DNA from: Candidatus Cloacimonadales bacterium
GTDB taxonomy: Bacteria; Cloacimonadota; Cloacimonadia; Cloacimonadales; JAFGVF01
Length of the DNA stretch: 64,000 nt
NCBI GenBank assembly: GCA_963677495.2
Contig: CAXXOU010000004.1
Span: 128,001-192,000 of the forward strand
Direction of reading: 5' to 3'
Made by a program: the position numbers and the translations under genes
The notes under the pieces: model-generated
Told to the model about the DNA's origin: nothing
Databases searched by the model: none
Seen by the model: the letters and a program-made list of their open reading frames with translations, nothing else
In this document: positions 10,411 to 20,403 of the stretch, one piece after another
Position numbering within the stretch: the stretch's first letter is position 1
Layout: each line of letters opens with the position of its first letter

Positions 10411-12126
10411 TTATTCAAAATCTATCTCATAAGGCATCATCATGTAAATCTGATGCTCTTGTAACATTTGTTCTATCTGTTTAGCTTTCTTCAAAAGCTT
10501 TGCTCTTAATCCATTCTCATTCATTAATGACATAGGGAAGAAGCTATCTTTGTTATCTATAAAATATTCAAATATTGATTTCTTCTTTGGATATGTCTGG
10601 ATAGTATAGTTTCCGATTCCACCAAGTTCAGCAGCTTTATTTACTGCGTTTCCAAGACTTCCAACCTCGTCAATAAGCCCATTCTTAAGAGCTAAATCAG
10701 CTCCCCAAATCCTTCCTTGTGCATACTTCTCAACATCCTGCATGGACATCTTACGCCCATTGGCTACTACTGTTTTGAACTCATCATACACAGCATTTAC
10801 TTCATAATCTAATGACTCAAGCATTTTAGGACTGCGTTTAGACCAAATATTGTTTACTCCATGGAACTTAGTAAAGCTGATAGTCTCTGTTTTAATGCCC
10901 AAATCCTTACCTAATTCACTTACATCAGGGAACATCATAATGACACCAATTGAACCGGTAATAGTGAATGGATCCGCATATATATAGTCACATGGGGCAC
11001 TAATATAGTAGCCACCTGATGCAGCAACACTACCCATTGAAACGATAACGGGTTTCTTCTCTTTCAACATCTTAATTCGCTGTGCAATAATATCTGATTC
11101 AAGTGATGAACCACCCGGACTATTTACTCTTAGTACAATAGCTTTAATGCTGTCATCCTTAGATAGTTTATCCAATACTTTGTTTAACTTTTTAGAAGAG
11201 ATGTTTGGAGTAGTACCTGAAGATACAGCTGAAATTGCTCCTTCAGCATATACTATTGCAACTTTATCTCCCGGATATGGGAATTGTGGTCTACCATATT
11301 CAGAGATTTTAATAAGTTTGTTCTCATCAACACCGTATTTATCAAAAAGATCACCTTCATACCCAAGTTCATCAACTAAGCCACTCTCTTTAGCATAATT
11401 TCCTTTAATGAAGAAACTTTCTCGTTTCTCATAAATATCCGCAGCCTGTTCAGGAGTAATCTCCCTGGACTGGCTTAAGAAGAGTTTAAGTTTCTCATAT
11501 CTCTCTTTGAATACAGCAGTATAGCTCTCTTTCATTGCAGGGGACATAGTAGTACGTGAGAAAGAATCTCCGGCACTTTTGTACTTGCCTGCATGGATAA
11601 CATTAACTTTAACTCCAACTTTTGCTAAAAGGTCTTTATAAAAGATAGCAGTTGCTCCTACTTCGTTCATCACAATTCCGGCAGAGCTTGATGGATTTAA
11701 CCAAATCTCATCAGCTGCACTACATAGGAAGTAATCTGCTCCTACTGCTGTGTTTATATATGCTACAACAGGCTTACCACTTGCTTTAAATTCTCTTATT
11801 AAGTGATGAAACTCATTAACCTGTGCCATTCCCATGAAGGAACTCTTTGGCTTAATAATAATACCTTTGATCTTCTCGTCACTACTCGCCTGAGCAAGCT
11901 TATTCATCACGTCGGATATGCCTACAGAACTAAGGCCAAACATATCGTCTTCATAGAGACTATGTTCGTTTACCATGCCCTTTAAGTCTAAAACTAACCA
12001 ACTGTTCTCTGTTACTTTCTTCTGATTTTTTGTTATTCCCTTCAGCATACGGGAAGTTCCGTAAAAGAATAAAATAATCACTATTAAGACAGATAAACAG
12101 CCTATTCCAATCCATTTCTTTTGCAT
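10411..12126 (-). CDS. sppA: Signal peptide peptidase SppA (67K type)
   Basis: LRVNSPGGS, VAASGGYY, TGSIGV, AQGRIW. Confidence 0.93.
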   Translation of the reverse strand: MQKKWIGIGCLSVLIVIILFFYGTSRMLKGITKNQKKVTENSWLVLDLKGMVNEHSLYEDDMFGLSSVGISDVMNKLAQASSDEKIKGIIIKPKSSFMGMAQVNEFHHLIREFKASGKPVVAYINTAVGADYFLCSAADEIWLNPSSSAGIVMNEVGATAIFYKDLLAKVGVKVNVIHAGKYKSAGDSFSRTTMSPAMKESYTAVFKERYEKLKLFLSQSREITPEQAADIYEKRESFFIKGNYAKESGLVDELGYEGDLFDKYGVDENKLIKISEYGRPQFPYPGDKVAIVYAEGAISAVSSGTTPNISSKKLNKVLDKLSKDDSIKAIVLRVNSPGGSSLESDIIAQRIKMLKEKKPVIVSMGSVAASGGYYISAPCDYIYADPFTITGSIGVIMMFPDVSELGKDLGIKTETISFTKFHGVNNIWSKRSPKMLESLDYEVNAVYDEFKTVVANGRKMSMQDVEKYAQGRIWGADLALKNGLIDEVGSLGNAVNKAAELGGIGNYTIQTYPKKKSIFEYFIDNKDSFFPMSLMNENGLRAKLLKKAKQIEQMLQEHQIYMMMPYEIDFE

Positions 12127-12808
12127 GGATTCCTCCAAAAATTATTTATACTCAGTTTACTAAACAGTGATAACTCCAATTAGTGGAATGAACATATTAT
12201 TGTATGTTAAAGAGTTATAAGCTAATGAGCAAACTGTATACATCGAAATATGTGTAAAATATTACAATTAACAATAAAACAGCTATGAGTAATTTTGTCT
12301 ATGAAAAAGATATATGAAGCTAAATGACTAAGAGTTTTGTTTGGTATGCATCAAGTTAATTGATTTCCCGTCCTTTACCAAAAGACACCCTAAGAAGTTT
12401 CAAGTTTCCCTGAATAATTGAGATAGAGCATTGAGACTGAAATGACTTCTTCATGTTATCCTCCCAAGATGAATCATAATCGTTACCTAATTACTATATT
12501 GCCATAGAACTAATACAGAGTGTAACAAGAAAACTTCTCTGGTAACAGAGGAATAATTATCGCTCTACTCTCTGGAATTACTCTGGACTAACGAGTATAT
12601 GAAAAGTAAATATATCCCATATTAAACTTATAACTATCCTATATGCTCATATAGGTTTCATATAAGAGTCATATAGGATACTTATAAGGATTGTATGTGT
12701 ATTGCTCATGGGCATTTCAGGAAAATAAGCCGACTAAAACCAGATAGATTGAAAAACAGTTTGGTTAATCCGTGGAAAAGTATGTGATATGTAGGCTGGA
12801 AAGTAAAG

Positions 12809-12831
12809 AAGCCCGACTGGGTGTCGGGCTT
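12809..12831 (-). terminator. Hairpin after hydrogenase gene
   Basis: aagcccgac-tgggt-gtcgggctt. Confidence 0.65.
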
Positions 12832-12850
12832 ATATTTAGCTTTATAGTAG

Positions 12851-14602
12851 TTAGTCTTTTGTAAGTTTAACCGGTCTTGGGATGTACTTAGTATGCAAGA
12901 GGTGATGAGATTTCTCAGAAAGAGGTGCACCTAAGAACTCTTTATAGAGTTTCTGAATAGACGGATTGTTGTGAGACTCACGAATAGCACACTCTGAATC
13001 CTCTTTGTAGAGACCTTTAGCTCTTTGGATACGGACTTCATTGGATGAACCATAAGGCTGTCCACCACCACCAACACATCCGTTTTGACATGCCATTACT
13101 TCTATGAAATGGTATGGAGTCGGTTTACCTTCTTTACGTGCTTGGCGAACTTCATCAAGTAATTTCGTAACATTACCAAGTCCTGAAGCAACAGCAACAT
13201 TCACAGTATGACCTGCAATTTCAAGAGAACCATGTCTTATACCACGGAAACCTCTAACCAGTTCAATCTCAGGTTGAGGTAACTCTTCATCGGTGATAAG
13301 TTTATATGCTGTTCGAAGGGCTGCTTCCATCACACCTCCTGTTGAACCAAATATTGTTCCTGCACCTGAATATTCACCCATTGGATTGTCAGCTTCTCCA
13401 TCAGGAATATTAGGGAAATCAATACCACGCATCTTAATAAGTCTTGCAAGTTCACGTGTTGTGATAGTTACATCTACATCCTTATGTCCAGAGGCGTACA
13501 TATCCTCCATTCGTTCAATCTCATACTTCTTTGCAGTACATGGCATAACTGAAACAAGGAAGATATCTTTCGGATCAATATTCATCTTTTCTGCCCAATA
13601 GGTTTTAACCATTGTTCCTACCATTTGGTGCGGAGATTTAGCTGTAGAGAAGTTATCAATCATATCGATGTAGAATTTCTCCAGGAAATCCACCCAAGCG
13701 GGGCAACATGAAGTGATGAGAGGGAAGTTTTCAGGACTCTCTTTAAAGACTTTTACAAACTCAGAAGCTTCTTCCATGATTGTTAGATCAGCACCGAAAT
13801 TTGTATCGAAAACATACTTCACACCCAAACGACGGAGAGCTGTATACATCTTACCTACAACATTAGTGCCCGGTTCATAACCAAACTCTTCACCAAGCGC
13901 CACACGCACTGCAGGAGCTTCTTGAGCGACTACTATCTTCTTCGGATCATCTAATGCAAGCATAAGTCTATCCATATCTTCTGTTTCATAAATAGCTGCA
14001 ACCGGACAATATGCAGAACACTGTCCACATTTAACACACTCTGAGTCTTCTAAGGAACGTCCCATCGTTGGCCCAACAAATGTATCAAAACCTCGATTCG
14101 ACTCAGCTAACGCATGCACTGCCTGAATCTCATTGCATACATAAGTACAACGCCCACATTGGATACAGTATCCCGGGTCCAAAGTAATTGCAGTAGATGA
14201 TGTATCCCTATCAGTTACAGGACGGGGTTTATGATTAGTTTGTGAAACATGGATATGTAGTCGTTGAGCTAAATCTTGAAGTTCACAACTTCCGTTTTTA
14301 TGACACTCAACACAGTTATTTGGATGAGAATAAAGAATCAGCTCTACAGCAGCTTTCCTTATAACATCAAAGTCACGACCCTCAGTCTTTATTTCCATTC
14401 CGTCGTAAACAGGGGTTGTACAAGCTCTAACGATTCTGCCGTCTGCTTCTACAACACAAACCCCACAGTTACCGGATGGTGGTAAATCAGGGTGATAACA
14501 AAGGGAAGGGATCCAATAGCCTGCCTTCTTAGCAGCATGAAGTATCTTAGTACCATTCTCTACTTCTACTTCAATACCGTTTATTTTAACTTTTACCAAC
14601 AT
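12851..14602 (-). CDS. hydA: Group A [FeFe]-hydrogenase catalytic subunit (M3 architecture)
   Basis: H-cluster motifs TSCCPAW, MPCTAKKYE and EVMACQNGCVGGGGQP. N-terminal 2Fe-2S, His-ligated 4Fe-4S (HPNNCVEC) and 2x[4Fe-4S] motifs. Confidence 0.95.
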   Translation of the reverse strand: MLVKVKINGIEVEVENGTKILHAAKKAGYWIPSLCYHPDLPPSGNCGVCVVEADGRIVRACTTPVYDGMEIKTEGRDFDVIRKAAVELILYSHPNNCVECHKNGSCELQDLAQRLHIHVSQTNHKPRPVTDRDTSSTAITLDPGYCIQCGRCTYVCNEIQAVHALAESNRGFDTFVGPTMGRSLEDSECVKCGQCSAYCPVAAIYETEDMDRLMLALDDPKKIVVAQEAPAVRVALGEEFGYEPGTNVVGKMYTALRRLGVKYVFDTNFGADLTIMEEASEFVKVFKESPENFPLITSCCPAWVDFLEKFYIDMIDNFSTAKSPHQMVGTMVKTYWAEKMNIDPKDIFLVSVMPCTAKKYEIERMEDMYASGHKDVDVTITTRELARLIKMRGIDFPNIPDGEADNPMGEYSGAGTIFGSTGGVMEAALRTAYKLITDEELPQPEIELVRGFRGIRHGSLEIAGHTVNVAVASGLGNVTKLLDEVRQARKEGKPTPYHFIEVMACQNGCVGGGGQPYGSSNEVRIQRAKGLYKEDSECAIRESHNNPSIQKLYKEFLGAPLSEKSHHLLHTKYIPRPVKLTKD

Positions 14603-14717
14603 GATATTCTGCTCCTTGTTTAGAAAATAGATATAGTTATCTCATCACTAATATTTGATAGCTTAGTTTAAATCTAACTCAGAATTGCTCTGATGCAACT
14701 ATTAACCTTTGTAAACA

Positions 14718-15020
14718 TTAGTACACCTTGTTCTTTACATCGAGGTAAATCAAAGTAATAGCACTTATTATAGCAAGAATGGAAGCAATATTTGCAATCA
14801 ATGATTGTGGAAAATAAGTACTTAATCCGGTGAAGATAACAGTCGTAAATATCAAAGGCTTTCGGTATCTCTTTCTTGTTTTCGTTAAAAAATCGAAAAA
14901 GCCCAGGATAGCCAAAGCAATAAAAATAGCTCTTGAATAGAATCCCCATTCAGGAGGATAAGCAGTAAGCGAATTAAGGATATTCACAGCTATAAATGCT
15001 AGATAATAGAAAATCTTCAT
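14718..15020 (-). CDS. Small hypothetical membrane protein (about 4 TM)
   Basis: 100-aa hydrophobic ORF preceded by GAGGAG. Confidence 0.65.
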   Translation of the reverse strand: MKIFYYLAFIAVNILNSLTAYPPEWGFYSRAIFIALAILGFFDFLTKTRKRYRKPLIFTTVIFTGLSTYFPQSLIANIASILAIISAITLIYLDVKNKVY

Positions 15021-15279
15021 TAAAACTCCTCACAACGGATTTACGAAATTGTACAATCTAGAATTACTTGTCAAATTAAATTATCCTTATGAACTAATAA
15101 TTAACTCAAAATTGTAATCTATTTGAAGAAACAGGTTAACTGAAAGAAATATTATTAGTTATCAGCAAGAGGAGTAGATTCAGAGGAAATAAGTTCGATG
15201 AAATTGTAAAATTCTATTGACAGACCTGCTGTAGTTAATTTTTTGTTTTTCAACATATCGCATAGAGTGAAGTTCACAT

Positions 15280-15365
15280 GGAGGATTAGTCCTAATTGGT
15301 AAGGCAGCGGTCTTGAAAACCGCCGGGCTATGCCCTTGGGGGTTCGAGTCCCTCATCCTCCGCCA
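15280..15365 (+). tRNA. tRNA-Ser(TGA)
   Basis: Anticodon arm gcggt-cttgaaa-accgc, long variable arm, GGTTCGAGTCC, encoded CCA. Confidence 0.95.
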
Positions 15366-15376
15366 TAAAACCTCGT

Positions 15377-15467
<91 letters not shown>

Positions 15468-15494
15468 GTAATAATGTGAACACATATTTTTTGT

Positions 15495-15569
15495 TGGGCC
15501 GTCGTCAAGCGGTAAGACACATGGTTTTGGTCCATGCATTCAGGGGTTCGAATCCTCTCGGCCCAACCA
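15495..15569 (+). tRNA. tRNA-Gln(TTG)
   Basis: Acceptor tgggccg/cggccca, catgg-ttttggt-ccatg, CCA. Confidence 0.93.
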
Positions 15570-15581
15570 ACAAAAAGATGA

Positions 15582-15655
15582 TGGGCTGTAGTATAATGGT
15601 AGTACAGCGGGTTCTGGTTCCGTATGTGGGGGTTCGACTCCTCCCAGCCCAACCA
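15582..15655 (+). tRNA. tRNA-Gln(CTG)
   Basis: Acceptor tgggctg/cagccca, anticodon loop ttctggt, CCA. Confidence 0.92.
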
Positions 15656-15665
15656 TAAACAATTT

Positions 15666-15694
15666 AAGGTTTCCTATAGTGGAAACCTTTTTTT
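15666..15694 (+). terminator. Terminator of tRNA operon
   Basis: aaggtttcc-tatagt-ggaaacctt followed by a T run. Confidence 0.85.
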
Positions 15695-15771
15695 ATTGCC
15701 TAAATACTCTCTTATGATTGTTTTTGTCCTACATGATGATTTAACACTTGGCATTACTCCATGGAGGTAAT

Positions 15772-16743
15772 ATGTTTTATGATACTTTAAAAAGTTTACT
15801 TGATAATGAACGTAAACCTGTTTTACAGGATTATGGTTTTCAACCACCACTTATCCTCTATTATCACACAGTCTCTGATGAGTCGCTTCCACATATTAAA
15901 CACCTCTATAAGTATAAAGATATTGAGTTCTTTATGAAAGATTTAGATTATTTAGCGTCTCATTATACGATAATTTCTCCTCAAGATTTACTCGATAAGA
16001 AGCGAGTGCCTGGCGATAGTTGTTTAATTACCTTCGATGATGGCTTCACTGAGTGTAGGGACATTATTGCACCAATACTTCTGGAGAAGGGAATCGAAGC
16101 TGCATTTTTTCTCAACTCAGGTTTCATTGGTAACAAGGATATGTACTTCAGAAATCAGTTAAGCATAATAATTGATGCCTTAGAAAACAATCAATATAGT
16201 CAAACTCAGTTAGAATGCTGCAATGCATTGTTTCCAGACCACATGGTTGATGGACATGAGTTAAAAGAGGCAATCCTAACAGTTGGATATGATAAAAAAG
16301 AAATAATTACCAAAGCACTTGATATCCTAGAGTTAGATATCAACGACTACTTAAAGACGAAGAAACCATATATGGATATTGAAGATATTAAATGGCTGAA
16401 AGATAATGGGTTCCATATTGGTTCACACTCGATTGACCACACTCCATTGCATAAACTGCCTTTTGATGAACAGGTTAATCAAATGATTGAATCAACTGAC
16501 TATGTGCAGAACACGTTTGATCTTCCATATCGAATCTCTTCGTTACCTCACAATGATAGAGGTTTAGAAGGTGCTTTTTTTCATCAGATGAGGCAGAGTC
16601 TTGATCTCTTATTTGGTGGACATGGATTAACTCATAAGAATCACTTCAACTATTTCAAGAGAGTTAATCCCGAGCATAGTAGAAATATTCGTTTTTTCCT
16701 TGAAAAGCAATACGGTATTCAGTTGGTTAAGAAGTATCTGTGA
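15772..16743 (+). CDS. Polysaccharide deacetylase (CE4/NodB) family protein
   Basis: ITFDDG and GSHSIDH motifs. Confidence 0.88.
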   Translation: MFYDTLKSLLDNERKPVLQDYGFQPPLILYYHTVSDESLPHIKHLYKYKDIEFFMKDLDYLASHYTIISPQDLLDKKRVPGDSCLITFDDGFTECRDIIAPILLEKGIEAAFFLNSGFIGNKDMYFRNQLSIIIDALENNQYSQTQLECCNALFPDHMVDGHELKEAILTVGYDKKEIITKALDILELDINDYLKTKKPYMDIEDIKWLKDNGFHIGSHSIDHTPLHKLPFDEQVNQMIESTDYVQNTFDLPYRISSLPHNDRGLEGAFFHQMRQSLDLLFGGHGLTHKNHFNYFKRVNPEHSRNIRFFLEKQYGIQLVKKYL

Positions 16744-16794
16744 TTTCATGGATTCCTGATTCTATTACTACGTCTTCATGTCTGCTTCATAATT

Positions 16795-16897
16795 CTCGGG
16801 ATACACTCGGGAATCTCCCGGGACTCTCTCGGGAATCACTCGGGGCTTTACTCGAGAAATTCCCCAGAAATTCCCTCCTAATTCGCTTTTAATTCCC
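16795..16897. repeat. 11-bp periodic degenerate repeat (CTCGGG cores, then AATTCCC cores)
   Basis: Cores at 16795, 16806, 16817, 16828, 16839, then 16858, 16869, 16880, 16891. Confidence 0.8.
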
Positions 16898-17102
16898 GTG
16901 TATTAAGATAGTGAAGTAATAGGGATAAGATTGAACATTAAGAAGAGGATGTGAATAGTTAGTATTTTTTGTTTTTGCTACTAGCTTTTGCTATCAATTT
17001 GTTCTTTGCAATAAGGACAAAGCCTGTAATTGAATTAGTCACATTTAAGAAATGCAAAATGGTAGCCTTTTGGGATTGGCTACCATTTATGCAATAAATT
17101 AG

Positions 17103-17708
17103 CTACAGATTCCAACGTTTGACTAATGAGTCAACTTCTACTTTGGCATTTTGGATAGATTCTGTCAGTAAATCCGGGTTTGCTGTCGCAGCATGGATGA
17201 ACACTCTATCCTTTAAATCTATAAAGTCGAACAATATGTTGTAAAGAGTCTTAACATTATCCAGATATGCATAATCGGAGTCTTGAGGATAACTTCCACC
17301 ACTTGTGTAAAGCACAGCAACTTTCTTATCTTCGAGTAATCCTTTTGTTGGAGAACCATATGCGAAAGTCTCACCGTTTAATATGATAGCATCCATGAAC
17401 TGTTTCACAATCCCGGGAAGTGAGAAGTTGTGCATTGGGTGAACAAAAACTATTGCATCTGCAGTTTTAACTTTGTTAGTAAGTGCTTTGAAAGGGACCA
17501 TCAACAATTCAGACTTTGAATTCTTAACTCCCATGTTTGATTTACCATAAGCCTCAATTGTTTCTGGTTTGAAAATTGGGATTTTGTTGCTAATAAGATC
17601 AATCTCCTCTATTTCAACAGATTTGGAAACTTCTTTAAAATGATTATATAATTTCAATGTATTTGAATTATCACCAGAAGGTAGATACTTAACTACTAAA
17701 ATTTTCAT
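17103..17708 (-). CDS. azoR: FMN-dependent NADH-azoreductase / flavodoxin-2 family
   Basis: PMHNFSLPGIVKQFMDAI..GETFAY...GLL..KK...TSGG. Confidence 0.85.
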   Translation of the reverse strand: MKILVVKYLPSGDNSNTLKLYNHFKEVSKSVEIEEIDLISNKIPIFKPETIEAYGKSNMGVKNSKSELLMVPFKALTNKVKTADAIVFVHPMHNFSLPGIVKQFMDAIILNGETFAYGSPTKGLLEDKKVAVLYTSGGSYPQDSDYAYLDNVKTLYNILFDFIDLKDRVFIHAATANPDLLTESIQNAKVEVDSLVKRWNL

Positions 17709-17865
17709 TGGAAACTCCTTCCTTTTTTGTATGATATTATAACTATTTATCTTGAGTTACCCAAAACTTAAGCTTTAAAGTGTTAATTGTAAGATGTTCA
17801 TTATCATTTATTGATGATTTGACATAAGAGAGCAGAATTTAATAATAAGACATGGAGTCAAAACA

Positions 17866-18348
17866 ATGTTGTTAGAGTTGAAGAAGTTTTTCATTATAGT
17901 TGTTGCTATTTCAATAACTAATTGGCTTCATTGCAAAAACATTGTATATCGGCCTAAACCAACAGTTTATATAGGTCCTATAGAGAAAAGTAAGTTATAT
18001 GATATTAGCAATTATTATATAACATACAAGGAAGGATTATACGTAAAAAAATTAGCATTGACTGATCTCTTTCCTGAACATTCGATGTTTTGGGATTACT
18101 ATGAAGACAGTTATGATTTTGTGCAGAAGTATTATTATGATGACTTATATAAAACAACTTTACCGTTAAACATAACTATAAGAGTAAACCTTAGAGAGTA
18201 TGTAAAAGACAGTCATTTTATGACATTCAGTATGCCGATTGATATTGAAACGAACAAATACATCAAAAAGAGTATGATGTTTCTTAGAGATATCTTCAGT
18301 CCAAACTTTAGAAGTAGTAAAAGCAGACTTAGGGGTGAAAATGAATAA
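17866..18348 (+). CDS. Hypothetical protein, overlapping the uvrB start
   Basis: 160-aa ORF with GGAG RBS and a hydrophobic N-terminus. Confidence 0.6.
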   Translation: MLLELKKFFIIVVAISITNWLHCKNIVYRPKPTVYIGPIEKSKLYDISNYYITYKEGLYVKKLALTDLFPEHSMFWDYYEDSYDFVQKYYYDDLYKTTLPLNITIRVNLREYVKDSHFMTFSMPIDIETNKYIKKSMMFLRDIFSPNFRSSKSRLRGENE

Positions 18349-20350
18349 ATTCAAACTAACATCTGAATATAAGCCGATGGGAGACCAACCGGTAGCAATA
18401 AACGAATTAGCTGTCGGTATTATGGAAGGTAGAAGACATCAAGTACTTCTTGGTGCAACCGGTTCCGGTAAGACTTTTACGATTGCAAATGTTATACAGA
18501 AAGTTAATAAGCCAACATTGGTATTATCTCATAACAAGACACTTGCTGCCCAGCTATATGGAGAATTGAAGCAACTATTCCCTGAAAATGCTGTTGAGTT
18601 CTTTATTAGCTATTATGACTATTACCAACCTGAAGCTTATATCCCCGGTAAAGATGTCTATATTGAGAAAGATGCTGATATCAATGATCAAATTGAGATG
18701 CTCAGATTAAGGACAACGATGTCATTGATGGAACGAAGTGACGTTATCGTTGTAGCCAGTGTCTCATGTATCTATGGATTGGGTGTACCGGAGGAGTATA
18801 GAGAGGCATTTGTTGAGATTAAGGTAGGAGATGAGATAGATAGGGATAAGCTACTGGAAAAGCTCGTAAACGCTCATTATGGACGTAATGACGTAGCTTT
18901 CCAGAGAGGTGCGTTTAGAGTTAAGGGCGATATTGTTGATATCTATCCCGCATATTTGGAACAAAGCGTTAGAGTAGAGTTCTTTGGGGATGAGATTGTC
19001 AGTATGAAGAAGATAAATCCGATTAACAATAAAGTGTTAGAGAATGTGGATTCATATCCAATCTATCCGGCTAACCATTACGTGATTGGTAGTGACAAGT
19101 CGAAGCAAGCTATACGTTCAATAGAATCAGAGCTTGAGCACAGAGTCAAATTTTTCCATGATAGAGATATGTTTGTTGAGGGACAAAGAATCCATCAACG
19201 AACAAAGTATGACCTTGAGATGCTTCGTGAGATTGGATATTGCTCCGGCATCGAAAACTATGCCAGACATATTAGTGGTACAGAACCGGGAGCAACTCCT
19301 TACTGCTTGCTTGATTACTTCCCAAAAGATTTTATGATGGTTATAGATGAGTCGCATGTAACTGTTTCTCAGGTTCGGGCGATGTATGCAGGTGATTATT
19401 CTAGAAAGAAGAACTTAGTTGATTACGGGTTCCGCTTACCTTCCGCATTTGATAACAGACCTCTTAAGTTTGATGAGTTTGAAGACCACCTTCATCAGGT
19501 AATCTTTATGTCGGCTACTCCGGGTGACTATGAACTAGATAAAACTAAAGGTGTAATCACAGAACAGGTGATAAGACCAACAGGCCTTGTTGACCCGGAA
19601 GTAGATATAAGACCAGTCGATACTCAGGTAGATGATGTGCTAGGTGAGATAAACGAGATGGTGAAGAAGGGACATAAATCCTTGATAACAACTTTAACGA
19701 AGCGTATGTCTGAAGATCTTACAACCTATTTACAAAATGCAGGAATAAAGGTAGCTTATCTTCATAGTGAGATAGATACATTTGGACGTGCCAAAGTGAT
19801 TAGAGACTTGCGACTTGGTAACATTGATGTAATCGTTGGAGTTAACCTTCTCAGAGAGGGTTTGGATATGCCTGAAGTTGCACTTGTGGCAATTCTAGAT
19901 GCGGATAAGACCGGATTCTTACGTTCAACAAGGTCTATAATCCAGACATCAGGTAGAGCTGCCAGAAACGTTGATGGTAAAGTAATCCTTTATGCTGATA
20001 CTATGACAGATGCCATAAAGAATGCTGTTAATGAGATGAATCGTCGGCGTGATAAGCAGATTGCCTATAATGAGAAAATGGGTATCAAACCTAAGACAGT
20101 TTATAAATCTGTAGAACAGATTATGCAATCTACTGAAGTTGCAGAGGGCTATAATAAGTACGACAAATCAGATAAGAAGAAGAAAGATAATAAAGCTGAT
20201 GAGCTTAATATGATTAACAACTCAGAGTCATTAATGGAAATGCTGAAAGGTGAAATGAAGAAAGCTGCCAGCAATCTTGACTTTGAATTAGCTGCGTCAC
20301 TTCGAGACAGAATCTGGGAATTAGAAAGCCTGGAGGAACAGAAAAAGTAA
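18341..20350 (+). CDS. uvrB: Excinuclease ABC subunit B
   Basis: [24 protein letters not shown]-terminal UVR domain [11 protein letters not shown]. Confidence 0.98.
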   Translation: MNKFKLTSEYKPMGDQPVAINELAVGIMEGRRHQVLLGATGSGKTFTIANVIQKVNKPTLVLSHNKTLAAQLYGELKQLFPENAVEFFISYYDYYQPEAYIPGKDVYIEKDADINDQIEMLRLRTTMSLMERSDVIVVASVSCIYGLGVPEEYREAFVEIKVGDEIDRDKLLEKLVNAHYGRNDVAFQRGAFRVKGDIVDIYPAYLEQSVRVEFFGDEIVSMKKINPINNKVLENVDSYPIYPANHYVIGSDKSKQAIRSIESELEHRVKFFHDRDMFVEGQRIHQRTKYDLEMLREIGYCSGIENYARHISGTEPGATPYCLLDYFPKDFMMVIDESHVTVSQVRAMYAGDYSRKKNLVDYGFRLPSAFDNRPLKFDEFEDHLHQVIFMSATPGDYELDKTKGVITEQVIRPTGLVDPEVDIRPVDTQVDDVLGEINEMVKKGHKSLITTLTKRMSEDLTTYLQNAGIKVAYLHSEIDTFGRAKVIRDLRLGNIDVIVGVNLLREGLDMPEVALVAILDADKTGFLRSTRSIIQTSGRAARNVDGKVILYADTMTDAIKNAVNEMNRRRDKQIAYNEKMGIKPKTVYKSVEQIMQSTEVAEGYNKYDKSDKKKKDNKADELNMINNSESLMEMLKGEMKKAASNLDFELAASLRDRIWELESLEEQKK

Positions 20351-20368
20351 AAAACTATAGTATATAGT

Positions 20369-20401
20369 AAAACAGCTACTCCAAACGGAGTAGCTGTTTT
20401 T
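20369..20401. terminator. Bidirectional terminator between uvrB and the cyclase gene
   Basis: aaaacagctactcc-aaac-ggagtagctgtttt. Confidence 0.85.
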
Positions 20402-20403
20402 GT

